From the NCBI GenBank assembly GCA_028023455.1, contig JAQFVV010000007.1, forward strand, positions 14,880,001 through 14,944,000: a DNA stretch of 64,000 nt. Direction: 5' to 3'. Numbering within the stretch: the stretch's first letter is position 1; each line of letters starts with the position of its first letter. This DNA comes from Epiperipatus broadwayi (Eukaryota > Animalia > Onychophora). The translations under genes and the position numbers were made by a program. This document shows, in pieces, positions 25,536-39,129 of this stretch. The notes below the pieces were generated by a model. The model was not told the DNA's origin and searched no databases. It was given only the letters and a program-made list of their open reading frames with translations.

Positions 25536-26164
25536 TAACTTTTTAATTTAATTTTATCAAAATCAGTTTTCAACAAATCACTGTTAGAAATGTAAATTTT
25601 TCATTATTTTTTAATATTAAAATAATTGCAAACTCTAAAAAAAAAAAACATGGCCATTAAGCATGCATATATATGCAAAGTTTCTGCTTGATCAAAAATT
25701 GGGAAATGGATAAAAATTGAATTATATTGTATCAGAATTAACAAAACAAGCTAAGACTGTTATAAATTAGTATTTCTATTTTATAAAGTACCTTTAAAAA
25801 ACATTTTTTATATTTAATTTCAGCATTTCCATGCACCTTTAAGATGTTAAAAAAATTGGTTTTTGGTTAGAATAATCTAAAGGTGTTAAGTTTCCAAATA
25901 AATTATTATAGAATTTTTTTTTTACTTTTTGTTAATAGTTTAGATTTAGTTTTATATGTATTGCCAGTTACATATATATACAAGTATATGTGGGTATGGG
26001 TATAAAATAGAGAACACTTATCCTTAATTAACATAATATATATATATGCATCTATAAATTTTTATCACAAAAGCAAATTTAGAAGCTTGCCACAGAGTGT
26101 TATATCGAAAGTTAAAAGCAACCAATGCAACCAACACAAATATTATACTTCTCTTCTAATCACT

Positions 26165-26343
26165 ATCATCATTATCATCATCAACCATTATCAATTCATT
26201 GCAGGATGAAGGTCTCTCCAAGTTCAATTCATCTTCTCTGATCTTTAGCTTCTCTTCTCCACATCACTCCTGCACCCTTTCTTATTTCATCCATCCATCT
26301 CACATGTGGTCTCTTTCTGGGTCTTTTACAATTTCTTGGAATC
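26165..26343 (-). mobile_element. 5'-truncated RTE LINE 3' end
   Basis: Reverse complement of 41830-42012, including the (GAT)n tail. Confidence 0.85.
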
Positions 26344-27591
26344 TCTTATAGTAACGAGCGTCATATTATTTTACAATTGTATTTTGTTATTCTTAATATA
26401 GATAGTTTGTGTATAGTCATAATTAATCTTGATAAAGCTGAAAGAAACTAATATCCCATTTACAGACCATTATTTTATGCATAAAGGCTGAATGTCTATC
26501 ACCTAAAAATATTCAAAATTTACTCAGCTCAGATTCGAACCCCGGTAAGTGGACAATAATATTGGATCATTTTAGTTTTCTTCAGGCAATTAGTTTTTCA
26601 TTTTTTTTACAGATTTACGTTGTCGTAATCTTCAGTGAGTTCTGATGTTTAAAATTGCATTATCATAAATAAAATAAAAAGTCCGTTACATGCGCATTAA
26701 GATCTATAAATCGTTTTAAAAATGATACTCGTTTTGTCAACATTAAATAAAAGAAATCAGATTTAAGCATTATTTATAAACCAACTTATAACTTCTACTT
26801 AAAAAATGTTGCCCTATGCCTTTCTTTTGTTGAAAGGTTATCTGTCTGCAATGAAATGCTAAAAGCTGTATATAAGTATAGAGAGATACCTACACATCAT
26901 TATAAAAACTTTCTAAACATTGTTGACAATAAATGTTAAAAGTAAAAGACTGAAGCAGGACCCATCTGCAAATTGTGTTTTATCATTTGTTTGCGTAGCT
27001 GTGACTGGCATCTAGAACAAATTACTCTGTCTTAGAACATTTTTATCAGCGCCATGAGCTCAAAAGGCTCTATTCAGCTAGATGTTCTTTTCACGACCAT
27101 TAATAAAAATTCTTGACAGAACCCAAGAAAATACGAGCTAAATGAAAACACAACGATTAACCAATTCAACTTTTTATACCATTTTAAATTCAATTGATTG
27201 TGTAAAAGAAATAGACATAAAAGAAAGCAGAATAAAATTGGAACCAACTCACTAATGACAATAAATGTCAAAAAAATTCATATTTCACTAAATTACTTGA
27301 CATTATTATAACCATTTTTCTTAATATTGTCACTTTATATACTTTTTTTTTTGTACAAACTCATCAACTTTTACTATGCGTCAATTTAGATTATTTGTTT
27401 CAATTTTATCCTTTTCCAAATTATCTTACAATGACAATCAACGAAAGATTTTCTTTTATACCCATACTGATTGTTTCAAAAAAAAAAAAATGTTACATTC
27501 TTTATATATATAATTCTTTAATAAACATCCCATTTAAATAGTTTGAGCAAATTATTAACCTTGTCAATTATACGTAATTATTACAAAAATT

Positions 27592-27940
27592 GCCTTGGGG
27601 CAGTGCCGCAGTAGCAGACTGAAGCTGAAGGACCATGAATTGCGGCTCTTTGACTTCTGGTGCTCAAACTTTATATGTACTCCAAAGCAATAAAACACTT
27701 CATTATTTATTTTTTAGCCTACGTGATTTGGTGCACTGATACTGTGGCAGACAATGGGGTTCAAGGTAAATGGTTTATGACCTAGTTCTTATTTCAAGTG
27801 CACAAACTTCTTATGAATTCCTGAGCAATAAACCACTGGACTATTTTTTGACCCTGCACGATTTGGTGGAATGGTAGAATGTCAGACTCTGGAGATCAAG
27901 GTCTGTGGATTGCTATCTGGTTTAGTCAGGTAGGTTCAAA
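27592..27940 (+). mobile_element. Cluster of two to three degenerate SINE-like copies
   Basis: Tails TTTATATGTACTCCAAAGCAATAAAA and TTATGAATTCCTGAGCAATAAA, with tRNA-like heads (GGGGTTCAAG). Confidence 0.55.
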
Positions 27941-29777
27941 TTTTTTATAAATTTCAAACAATAATTTATTCAATTTGTACTTACATTATAAAAATTATAC
28001 TAAATTTTGCTAAAACTTATGGTTAAAAAAACTAATATGTAATAATAGATTTGAGGTGAAAATAACATAAGTGACGATAATTCAAAATTAAAAGAATGTT
28101 AGACTAATGAAGAATATATATATAAAGGGCTTTGTGGCCTAATAGCTAAGTGCATTCAACTTCCATATCACAATTCAGGCTCAAGATTATCACTGTGAAT
28201 CCAAACATTCTTTCAGGTGTTAAGTAAATTAAGGACTTTTTTTTCAAGATACATATACGATTAACTTAAATAACCAAATATCAAATAGGTATACTGTATT
28301 ACTATTGTAAACTGGAGAGCTAAAAATCAGATAAACCTAGGTTCATTGATATACAATCTGCAAAAATTAAACACCATAGTAATATGATGTATGCTTTACA
28401 ATTGGAAGTGGAAATCTCATGCATCTATGGATTCTAAATCCATGGATTTTTATTATGTCTTTCTATAACTTTGAGAATTTACAAAACAGAAATCTCATTA
28501 GGTGAATTGTGAAGCATTATAGTTAGATTTTTTTTTAAAAATAATAGTAATAATAACAGACTAATATTATGTGTGCTTTTAGTATTATTGAGCATTGTGG
28601 CACAGAGAATTAATTTATCAAGCATATAACCCTGGGGTTCAAATATAAAATTTGGATAATTTCTAAGAAAACTAAGAAAATCCCAAATAACTAGGATTTT
28701 AAAGCTAACAGCTTTCTAACAAGATTAGTAAAACATATTTTCTTCATTATTAATGCAAATGATTAATTTCAGTTTATGTTGTTATTCTAAAATTGATATG
28801 CTATAATAAAAGAAATTAAAACATTGATAAGATAAGACAACCTACTACTGATGATAATCAAATATCATTGGTTTGCCTTAATTATTCAACCTGCCATCAA
28901 CCAATCGCATATTTTGATATATAGCAAATATTTTAGAATTGATCAGATGAGACTCAAGACATATAGTTAAATAGTTTGATATTATTATTAGTATACCTAG
29001 ACAAAAGGAAAAATTTGCCTACTATTAATAGACATCTGATGGAAGTAGTAAAACATATAATTAATGACCTGGAGTCAGGTTGATTGGTGTTCAAAATCTT
29101 AGAGTGGTTTAAATTTTAAGCTTTTAGCTTTAATAATAAATTGGAATTTAAAATATTTGTTGATACATAAGTTTAACATCTCTGAGTCTGAAGCTTGCAA
29201 AGCTAAAGTTAGAAATTAGTGTTGACATAGGACTTTATAATAACCACCATCTGATAATCACTAATTATTTACCTTACTGCATATGTTACTAGAGTATAAA
29301 TCTACATTTGTTTTATGGCGTGCTTTTCACAGCTGATCAAAACAGGTATCATAGTTTCAAGTAATCGAGCTTATGTCTATCTTCATTTCTTTTGTGATTC
29401 AGAAAGGGAAAAATAGTTAAGAATAAAAAAATTATTTGACTGAAATAATTAATATGACTTAATCATGTTACATTTAATTAGATGCAGACTTTTAAAAAGA
29501 AGTAGAAATAGATAGTGCCACATAGAATTGGGAATATAATACTGTAGTATTTAAAAGAATTGTAAGAATTATTAAAAAACGTAAAAAGCATAATAATTAA
29601 AACTTAGGTATATTTTTTTAAATGTAGATCTATTGTAAAAGATATACAATAAAAGGCTGTAATCATAAAATAAGAGAATAGTATAGATACTATTATAGAA
29701 TATATGGTAGTTTAGATATATAAAAACAGTTCGTGCAATATTACGTGTAGATCTTTCAGAAAAAAATAATCAAACGA

Positions 29778-29890
29778 TTTATTGCTGGGGTGCTCATAAA
29801 AAATTTGAGCACCATGAGTAGCAGGGCTAGAGTTGTGATCTATGGACTGTGAATTCCAGAATCTGACCCATTCTCACAGCTCTAATCCTC
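29778..29890 (-). mobile_element. SINE-like copy
   Basis: TTTATTGCTGGGGTGCTCATAAAAAA is the reverse complement of the family tail. Confidence 0.5.
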
Positions 29891-30139
29891 ATGGGGCAAT
29901 AACTATAATTAAAAATGTATACTTTCTTGTAAAATATATATTATTTCTGATAAAAAATGTTTAATCAAAAATATATCTTAAGTTGCAAAGATTATAATAA
30001 TTAATTTAATTACTTTACCATTACTATCAATGTATCTTCTTCTCCAGCTTTTGTGTGCTAGAGGGCAGCAAATATCCTCTTCAATATTTCCTTCATCAAT
30101 ACCTCTTCTTTTTTAAAAAAAAGTTTATATTGATCTAAT

Positions 30140-30436
30140 CCAATAGATAGTGATAGTACTTTATGCAGGAAAGATTAAAAAATTATAACCTCTGTACAGA
30201 TTAACAACTTAGCACTGCTTCCAACTAGGCTGATATCACTAAGATAGGTAGATACATGTCTATCTTAGTGTTATGAATATGACCAGTCTGGTCAAAAGCA
30301 GTGCTAAGCTGTAAATCTGTAACATGCTTATCTTAGTGCTGAGAATATGATCAGTCTAAATGAAAGCTGTAAATCTATAGAAGTGTTACAATTTTATAAT
30401 TTTTCCTGCATAGTGGATCTCCACCATTCTATTGAA
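30140..30436. mobile_element. Degenerate palindromic MITE-like element
   Basis: TATGCAGGAAA.../...TTTCCTGCATA plus inner CTTAGCACTGCTT/AAGCAGTGCTAAG and CACTAAGATAG/CTATCTTAGTG inverted pairs. Confidence 0.65.
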
Positions 30437-31741
30437 TTGTAAATGAATAAAGAAAAATATAAAAGATAGATTGAGTTATACTAATGTAGTTATAGCTATA
30501 AAACTAATTATAATGTGATTTATATACATATATTGCTTATAATACTTTTTTCATATACACTTCAATACAAACAATTTTTTATAAAAAAAACTTATTGATT
30601 ACTTTAAAGCAGAGGAGGTTTGATAAAGCTTGGATGAAGACTGCTGGACAATCAAAACTGTAAAAAAAAATAAAGGATTTTTTAAAAAAATTTGTTTGCA
30701 TTGAAATGTATATGAAAGAAGTATTATAAGCAATATATATATATATGAAGATATGCAAAAAAAGTAAAAGAGAAGAATAAGAGAATATACTTCTTATAAT
30801 GTGGTTTCATTTTCATTCTCAAGATTTAGTAATTTTTCTACTTACTCTTGTAGCAACTAGAGACTTTTCTCAAATTTGTTTCATTTCCTCCATCATATAG
30901 GTTTTTATGCTTAGCATTGTTGTTGTTTTTTTTCCAAATTATCTCATCTATTTTTTTTTGTCATAAACTTCATAAATCTTATCCATGATATAGTGATAAA
31001 TTGGCATGAGGATTTCTGAGTCACATCCTTATTTGTTCACATCAATTCTCTTAATAATAAAAAGAGCAACTCTCAAATCTAGTGCCATCTTTAGTAAGTT
31101 TGAGTAATTAGTCATTAGCAAAGATGGTACATTTACATTCTCATTTTCACACTGATTTATGTTTTTTATGTGTACTAACAAAACTTAAAATTTAATGCAG
31201 GAAATAATATAGTTAAGTGATTTGTTATTATTAATAACATTCCTAATCAGTGGAAAAGGGAAAGTTAATAACAAACTTAGAATATTAAAATATATAATTA
31301 TTGGTTTAAAGCAAGATCTATATAACTGTTCATGCAGATTAGCATATGTTTATAACCCTAGAGTTTTTGAATTTCAGAATTTCAGTTTGAGTAGTAAAAT
31401 GCTGTTTAAAATTGATGATATATGTTTAGCTACATTATTTATGAATCCCAAGTCTCATCAATAAAAGCAAAAGTTAGAAACAGATCTGGAAATGAGAATT
31501 TAAATGTACTAATATCTAATAATCACATATTATTTAGCATTACTATAGATGGAGCTAGCATAGAGATCTGCTCTTAATTTTTTTTATATATTGTATATGA
31601 TGGATAATTTATTATAATGACAGTTTTTTAGCTATTTTTAGATATTTTATTCAGGATTGTTTTCATTAAGCCACTAAAACATCACATGATCATATTTTTT
31701 TATGCTTACACAAGCTACCAAAACAGTAACAATTTTCTTGA

Positions 31742-31952
31742 TACAGTAGTGCCACCAAATGTAATCCATGGTACCAGTAGATGACTAGCAGATTTGTGCA
31801 TCAAAACTTCTAACTAGTGCCTGCCCATCCAATACTGAATAAAATGGAACTGTATTTTGGATGAGTAGGCACTAGATAGGTATTTTGATCCACAAACCTA
31901 CTAAGGTCCATTGATTCCTATAACTTGCACTTTGTGTACTGGTGTATGGAGA
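31742..31952. mobile_element. Family C palindromic copy (arms truncated before the HHR)
   Basis: TACAGTAGTGCC...CTAGTGCCTGCCCATCCAA / TTGGATGAGTAGGCACTAG...TGTATGGAGAG. Confidence 0.7.
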
Positions 31953-32464
31953 GGGTTGGTTGTTGTTATTCAGGTTGTTCATTTTCTCTCAAATTTTTTT
32001 TCATACTGACTTTAATTAATGTTCTCAAAGTTGATTACTTTAAATATTCCTTGTAATGGACCTCTGACAAGGAAGGTCAAAGACATATTCTGTTTCATGT
32101 GACTTTATTTAGTCTATTACATCATGGACTGGCTTACTTCATTACTAATATTCTAGGCTTTTTCACTTCACTCTATTTTATATTAAATGCAATCAATAAG
32201 TAATGAACAATGATGTGGACAAGTAATAAAATTAGTTCACCAGAAAAGTATCTGGGCAATCATTTATTTTTTTCTAATATCTTTATTTATTTATGCAAAA
32301 AAGAATAACATTTAGCAAAAGGTTTAAAAATCTATATCTATGTGCATGCTTAATTTAAATGTACTGCTAATCTATTGAAGAGGACTATACTTTGACATAG
32401 TAGTGTACTAAGATTTGTATTTACTCATTTATTTGTATTTATTTGTACTTTCATCTTTATTATT

Positions 32465-33325
32465 AAAAGGAGGTTGCCTTGGCAACAGTTTGAAAAGGTT
32501 GACTGTTATTTATATTGGGAGTTTCTAAGTGTGGACTGGTTTCTAATGGTTGTATATACAAGTGTAATAATGCTCAAGGCTAAATGGGTTCAAAGTAACC
32601 ATTGGAAACCAGTCAACACTTAGACTCAATTAATGGTGTCATATATTTATAGAGACACTAAAGATTGCAACTTGACTACAGAGATTGAAATTATTGATTG
32701 GAAGAAGTTTAAATAAACCTCTTTAAATAGGAAAATATAACCTGTTCTGAATGCAGACTAATAAATAGTCAATTATAACATTACAAATTGCAATTATAAT
32801 TTTTAAATTGTACCCAAAGTATTACTTAAATAATAAGTAATATATATAGTGTTTCAGTTATTAAATAATAAGTATAATAATGCTCAAGGCTAAATGGGTT
32901 TATAAGTAACCATTAGAAACCAGTCAATACTTAGATAATTCCAATATAGATAACAATCAAGAATTTCAATCTGCTGTCAAGGCAACCTTCTTTTAGCAAT
33001 AGAGATGGAATCTCAACCCAATAAATGGAATCGCACCTCCATTAATGGTACCATATATTATAAAGACACTAAATATTGCAATTTGGCTACAGTGATTGAA
33101 ATTATTGATTGGAAGAAGCTTAAATAAACCTCCTTAAACAGAAATATATAGCCTGTTTCAATCTCTGTAGTCAAGTTGCAATCTTTAGTGTCTTTATAAA
33201 TACATGAGAGCATTAATGGAATTGGGATTCCACCTCTATAGCTAAAAGGAGGTTTCCTTGACAACAGTTTGAAATTATTGATTATTATCTATATTGGGAT
33301 TGTCTAAGTGTTGATTGTTTTCTGA
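32465..33325. mobile_element. Family E cluster of direct and inverted copies, including a palindrome at about 32905-33325
   Basis: Repeated CATTAGAAACCAGTCAACACTTAGA, AAGGAGGTTGCCTT, AGACACTAAAGATTGCAACTTGACTACAGAGATTGAAA and their reverse complements. Confidence 0.75.
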
Positions 33326-33397
33326 TGCTTATATATATATGACAAATTTTTTATAAGCATCATTGTTTTCTGATGCTTATATATATATGACAAATTT

Positions 33398-33510
33398 TTT
33401 ATTGCTCAGGAGTTCATAAGAAATTCAAGTGCTAAAACAATAAATGCCAGAATTGATCTTGGGGGCCTCTCAATCCCAAATCAGATGCTCTGCCACTGCA
33501 TAAAACCATG
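33398..33510 (-). mobile_element. SINE-like copy
   Basis: TTTATTGCTCAGGAGTTCATAAGAA is the exact reverse complement of the family tail. Confidence 0.55.
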
Positions 33511-34440
33511 CAGTGTAATATAATTCTGGTAATAAGATGCAATTTTGAACTTAGTCTGCCTATTGAGATCACCACAATAACTTTTTATTTCTTATGAACT
33601 GATAACCATTTAAGTATAAAGATCTTTCTAAATATAAAATTAGCTGCTAATGGATATGAAGCTATTTATTAAAGTTTAAGCCCAATCTTTGATTTATAAT
33701 AACTGACATAAAAAGAAGTAGATAATCAATAAAGATTATGATATGCTAGCTGGATACCTATCACAGATAAGGCTGCTTTTTTATCATAATGATGTTACAA
33801 GGCATTATCAACAAATCATGTCAGGAATAGTCAAGAAATGGAAAATTGATCAGGTATTGTCTGCTTAATCTTTCATAAAACATATTCTATATATTATCTA
33901 AAAGATTTTTAATGAGATTGTAAATAATTTATTGCATATTGAATATGTCATGCTAAAGTATATAAAGCTATACATGAAACAAATGTCCAAGTTTCCAAAT
34001 CACATTTTGTTATTTTAATCCCAATCTATTTTATCAGATAGAAGATAATAGTCTGAAATTTTGTTATAATTCAACACAATACATCAAATCAAAATTCTTA
34101 ATTTAATGAACAAGAGCAGAAGATAAATTCTAACTTATTCTATGCCCAACATAAATAATTTGTAAAAAAAAAAAAAATATGTTAACTATTACTGAAATGC
34201 AATACCTAAAGTGAGTGATAAAACCACTTAATATACAAAGAAAACATTGATAACATTGAATTCAATTTTAATATCTTTTTAGTACTCAGTAACTATGCCC
34301 AGACATACAGAAATGTTAATGAAAAAAATTCATTTTAGATATTCCGAATCCTATTAAGAAATAAATGCTCTTGCTTAACAATGGCTAATTCTGCATCAGC
34401 ATCTGCCTCTTATCATTGCACTAAATCATGCAGAACATAT

Positions 34441-34880
34441 ATTCATCATCATCATCAGAAGCAGCAGCATCATTTTCAACCATTTCTGATTCACTGCAGG
34501 ACAACAGTCTCACCAAGTTCAATCTATTCTTTTGATCTCTAGTCTTGCTTCTCCACATCATCCCTGTACACTTTTTATTTCATCCATCCATCTCACATGT
34601 AATCTTTTTCTAAGTCTTTTACAATCTCTTGAAACCCAGTTTAAGATTTCAACTATCCATTTATTATTCTCTCCTCTAGCAATATGTCCATCCCAACTTC
34701 AGTCTCTTAATTCTTACAGTGATGTCAATAACACTTGTTTATTCTCTCATCCTTGTATTTTGTTTTGATCTCTTATTGTTATTTCTAACATGCATCTCTC
34801 CATACTTCATTGAATGGTCTGAAGTCTCTGAATTGCTCTTCTGTTTAGTGTCTAAGTCTAATATCCATAAAGCATTACTG
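34441..34880 (-). mobile_element. 5'-truncated RTE LINE 3' end
   Basis: Reverse complement of the last about 430 bp of the 39-42 kb element, with (GAT)n tail. Confidence 0.85.
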
Positions 34881-35881
34881 AGAATTTAATAGAAAAAAAT
34901 CAATCATAGCAATTATTTAAAATTCCTGAGTGGAGATTTATAAAGTAAATAGTGTAATGTAGAAGACTAGATGATTATTTATATAAAACGATAACAGAAA
35001 AAAATAAACTAATAAATTAATCCAAATACATTCCCCAGAAGTGAGACTTGGAATATTACAATTAAAATTCATACACATTTTTATATAAACTATTACTTTT
35101 CTTACATGTGAATGAGTTTATGAAGAAAAAATGTTTGAATAACCAAAAATATATAAATGCTTCTCTTACTCGGAAATACAAGATTCAATGAAAGTTATCA
35201 TATTATAAAAAGTCTTAGAAAATTATTTAAATAAGCTACAAGCTCACCAAAATTATACCCAATACTTTGTATATACAAATAAACACTATTAAATGCATTC
35301 AAAATTTCATCTTAAGAAAGGACTGTATCAGGCTTCATTTTAGGAAATAAATTTTGGAAAGCTGTTAACCACATTTTACTTAATTAAAGCACACGGATAA
35401 TTTAAATCACTTCTAAAGCAAGCCAAACCTTTATATTCGTGCATTTTTGGCTTAACCAGCCATAAAAGATATGCGTTGTAATATGTGAATTTATACAAGT
35501 ATGTTGATTACTTTTAATTATTAAAATATCAATCTGATATGAACGATTCATATTCATCAGCATAATTTAGCTGAACCATATAATTTATAAGCATACACAC
35601 ATGTAACACAATGTCGAAAACTACATTATCATATTTCATAAATGAAAACATTCATTTTATCACAGAATTATATATATATTACAAAGCAATCAAGTTGTAT
35701 GTCACATGACCTAATTTATATATATATATAGGTAAATTTATAGAAGGAAATTACCCATCACACATGCGCTATTAAATTGACATGCACTTTCCTATCAATA
35801 AGGGTTTTTAAATCACAAGTGGTTCACTTATTCTTAGAGCAAATCCTTATTGACAATGGTTAAGTCAGGTCTTGGAATTGT

Positions 35882-36285
35882 TATGAGTCAGCTGTTTGAA
35901 GTTCAGACTGTATATTGTTCACAGATGGTGTTGCTGAAATTTCATATTGATGGAGAGGGTGTAGAATATTTGCTGTTTAATTTCAGCTAGTGATGTACAT
36001 TAGAAATATTTACATTGGGAGATAGCAAAGTTGAAATAACTAATCCTTCTTTGTATATGTAATTTAAACATGTTTGTTCAGTAGCAATTTAATTAAGATC
36101 ATTGTTAATTAATTTAATGCTCTTTGTTTGAATTGGTCTAAATTTCAATATTTAAATCATTGCAGCATATGATTCAAAAGGATATCTTTTTGAGTCAGCT
36201 GTTTGAAGTTCAGACTTTATATTTGTTCACAGGGGGGACATTACTGAAATTTCATGATGATTGGGAGGATGATTTGAATATTATA
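35882..36285 (+). repeat. About 95-bp direct repeat pair (35882-35975 and 36190-36285)
   Basis: TGAGTCAGCTGTTTGAAGTTCAGACT...TGTTCACAG...CTGAAATTTCAT occurs twice. Confidence 0.8.
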
Positions 36286-36558
36286 TACAAATATATGAAA
36301 GCTGTCACTACTTAAACTATACCAATATCAATAGCAATCAGCAACTCAATCTGTTGTCAAGGGAACCTTACCTTAAACAATAAATACATATAAGATAATG
36401 CACAGTACTAGCTGAAATCTATATAAAAATTATCACTAAGAAAATAAATTTTTGTAATCATCGTATCAATCATATAAAGTAAACTTTCAATATTTTTAGA
36501 AAGTTCTGAATCCCAGCTTTTAATACCTGGCCTATTTGATGTATCTCTCCATATAATT

Positions 36559-36665
36559 TAGTGTAGTGATAGAAAGTCAGCCTTTGGAGCTCAACAAGTT
36601 ATGGATTGTGACCCATCTCTATCACTTCCTGTGTTTGAACTTTTTATGAACTCCCAAGCAGTTAA
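36559..36665 (+). mobile_element. SINE-like copy
   Basis: TAGTGTAGTGATAG head and TTTTTATGAACTCCCAAGCAG tail. Confidence 0.5.
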
Positions 36666-38174
36666 TCCATTTGATTAGACTTTATTTACCATTAATAAAA
36701 TACTCTGCATGTTTTAGTGCAGTGGTATAATGCTTGGACCAATTCCAATTTTGGGGCATTCACAGCATTAAACTTCTATAGATATGCTTAATAACTTCCA
36801 CATTAATAAACATTTTTTTCAAACCATATGAATAAAGATATCTTAAAAATCCAATGACCCCAAGATGCATTTTATGCAGTTTGGGCTAGAGATAATCTCT
36901 AGTTTAATAAATGATTAGTGATAATTCTTTTTGTATTTATCTAGAATGGATTGTGTCAAAGTTGTGGGTGGAGTAAGTTTGACACATGTAAATTATAATG
37001 TAATCATTTCAACTTATGAACTTTCGAGCACTAAAGCTATTCGACAATTTATTTAATATTGATTTTTTTTTTTTAATTCAGAGAAGCGACGTGTTAGTTA
37101 TTTAATAAAGAACTACGTTTTAAAATTAAAGAAAATTGAACTCAATTGTTTATATGTGTAACCCATTAAAAATCAAATTCATGCCCTAAATGAGATTTGA
37201 TATGATTGTTTTTTATAAAGTAATAGAAAATTTATTTGTCAGGAATTGGTTCGTTGCAAATATAGTTTGCTTTAAGTCATTGACTTATAAAACCCTAATC
37301 CTGCATTATAACAACTCAAATGACAGATACAGTCAACAGATATTTTTTATGTCTCCTGTTTTTTTATGACAGTTACAAAGTTAATACTTCTTTTATATCT
37401 TTTCTTACAACTAAGAATTGTAGACACAGACTGATGAAGTAACGTTTTATTTTTATTATTGATAATCAATACGTATAACTTAACTTATTTCAGTTTTTTT
37501 TTTTTTTAGTTGCAAAAAAATTAAAAATAACTCTGACAAAACATTTCTACATGTAAAGAAAAAAAACTGATAGTTATATAATTTTCCAATGCTAATACTA
37601 TACTGACCAAGAAGAAATGTTGATATATTTATAACTCTCTATAGATAGCTGCTAGAAAATTATTAATAACTCATTTTAAAATACAAAAAAAAAAGTATAT
37701 GTATATCGCACTGGTTATAAGCTGCCCTGTAGATTTCTGTGGTCGACTCTGAAATTCATGGTCTATGGTTCATGACTTTAGCCCTGTCATATCCGTGACC
37801 GGAACTTCAGATAAACTCTCAAGAAATGAAGCTAGTCAATTATTTGTTTTAACTGTTGAGTTTTATAAAAATATCAATAATATTTTTTATGCTATGCATA
37901 GCTTGTCCTAATGGTAGAATAATGCATTGGATAGTTAAAGACTCAAAGTCATATTAGGACTAATAAGCAACTAAGTATTGACCTTTGCTCTAGGTAAGGT
38001 TTAGCACAGTTGTAGAGTAGTGGACCTAGAGCTCAATTCCCAAGATTGATCTCTAGCTTCATAGTGGGTTTTTTTTTTTAAAAAAAATCTTCATTTATTC
38101 ATCTGAAAATAAGTGAACTTTTTCTCACAATAAATATTTTAATATCACATGACCTCCCTGAATAACTAACCATA

Positions 38175-38565
38175 TCATCATCATCACCATCAATCATTGT
38201 CAATCCACTGCAGGATGAAGGTATCTCAAAGTTCAATTCATCTCTGATCTTTAGCTTCTGTTCTCCATATCACCTCTACACCCTTTCTTATTTCATCCAT
38301 CCATCTCACATGTGGTCTCTTTCTGAGTCTTTTACAATCTCTTGGAATCCAGTTTAAGATTTGAATTTTCCATCTATTTTCAACTCTTCTAGCAATATGT
38401 CCAGCTCAACTCCACTTCAGTCTTTTATTTTTTTCAATGAGGTTAGTTACACTTGTTTGTTCTCTTACCCATATATTGCATTTTCGATTTCTTCTTGTTA
38501 CTCCTAATATGCACCTCTTCATACTTCTTTGAGTGATCTGAAGTCTCTGTATTGCTCTTCTATTA
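38175..38565 (-). mobile_element. 5'-truncated RTE LINE 3' end
   Basis: Reverse complement of 41620-42012. Confidence 0.85.
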
Positions 38566-39129
38566 AGTTATTTCTACCAAAAGTACTCCAACCATGTTTA
38601 ATTCTATGATTAATTTAATCCATTATGTTATTAAAAATGTAATATTTTGCAGTCAATTGATTCACACATTATTTTCACAAACTAATATTGAATTTCTATA
38701 TGCATGGCCTAAAATGGAATTTTAACCTTGATATATATTCCAATATTGTGAAAAATGTTGCAAAAAGGAGTTTGCTATTAACGGAAAGAAGACCCTTTGA
38801 TTCCTCTTGGAGGCCTTAAAGGAACCAAGCAGGGCAAATTCCTAATGTCCACTCTATACATTCTTGTCATGCAGCTGTTATTACAATGTGATTAATCATG
38901 TAGTATAAGAACATGAATGGGCTCACCAAAACACATTATCCAGCATGGTGAGTTTATTGGCTTTTTACCTCGAGTTTAAAATCAAAAAAAACACCATGGT
39001 CTTTCTTCTCAGTTGCCTGATAAGGCAGAATGAATGTATGTGTAAATGATGAATATTTTTCCAATAGATATATACAATCATGACAGACAAATATAAATCA
39101 TGGCCCTTATTTCCATGAGACTGTAAAGT

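Noticed and set aside
32473-32500. TTGACAA-CAGTTT-GAAA in family E as a U3-A8 hammerhead
   Set aside because: No stem II pair and no downstream complement for stem I in any copy.
38770-38860. HDV-like ribozyme upstream of the RTE (TTCCTC...GGGCAA...CTAATG)
   Set aside because: Spacing between the L3-like and P1.1-like parts is too long and I could not build the nested pseudoknot by eye; it needs a computational search.
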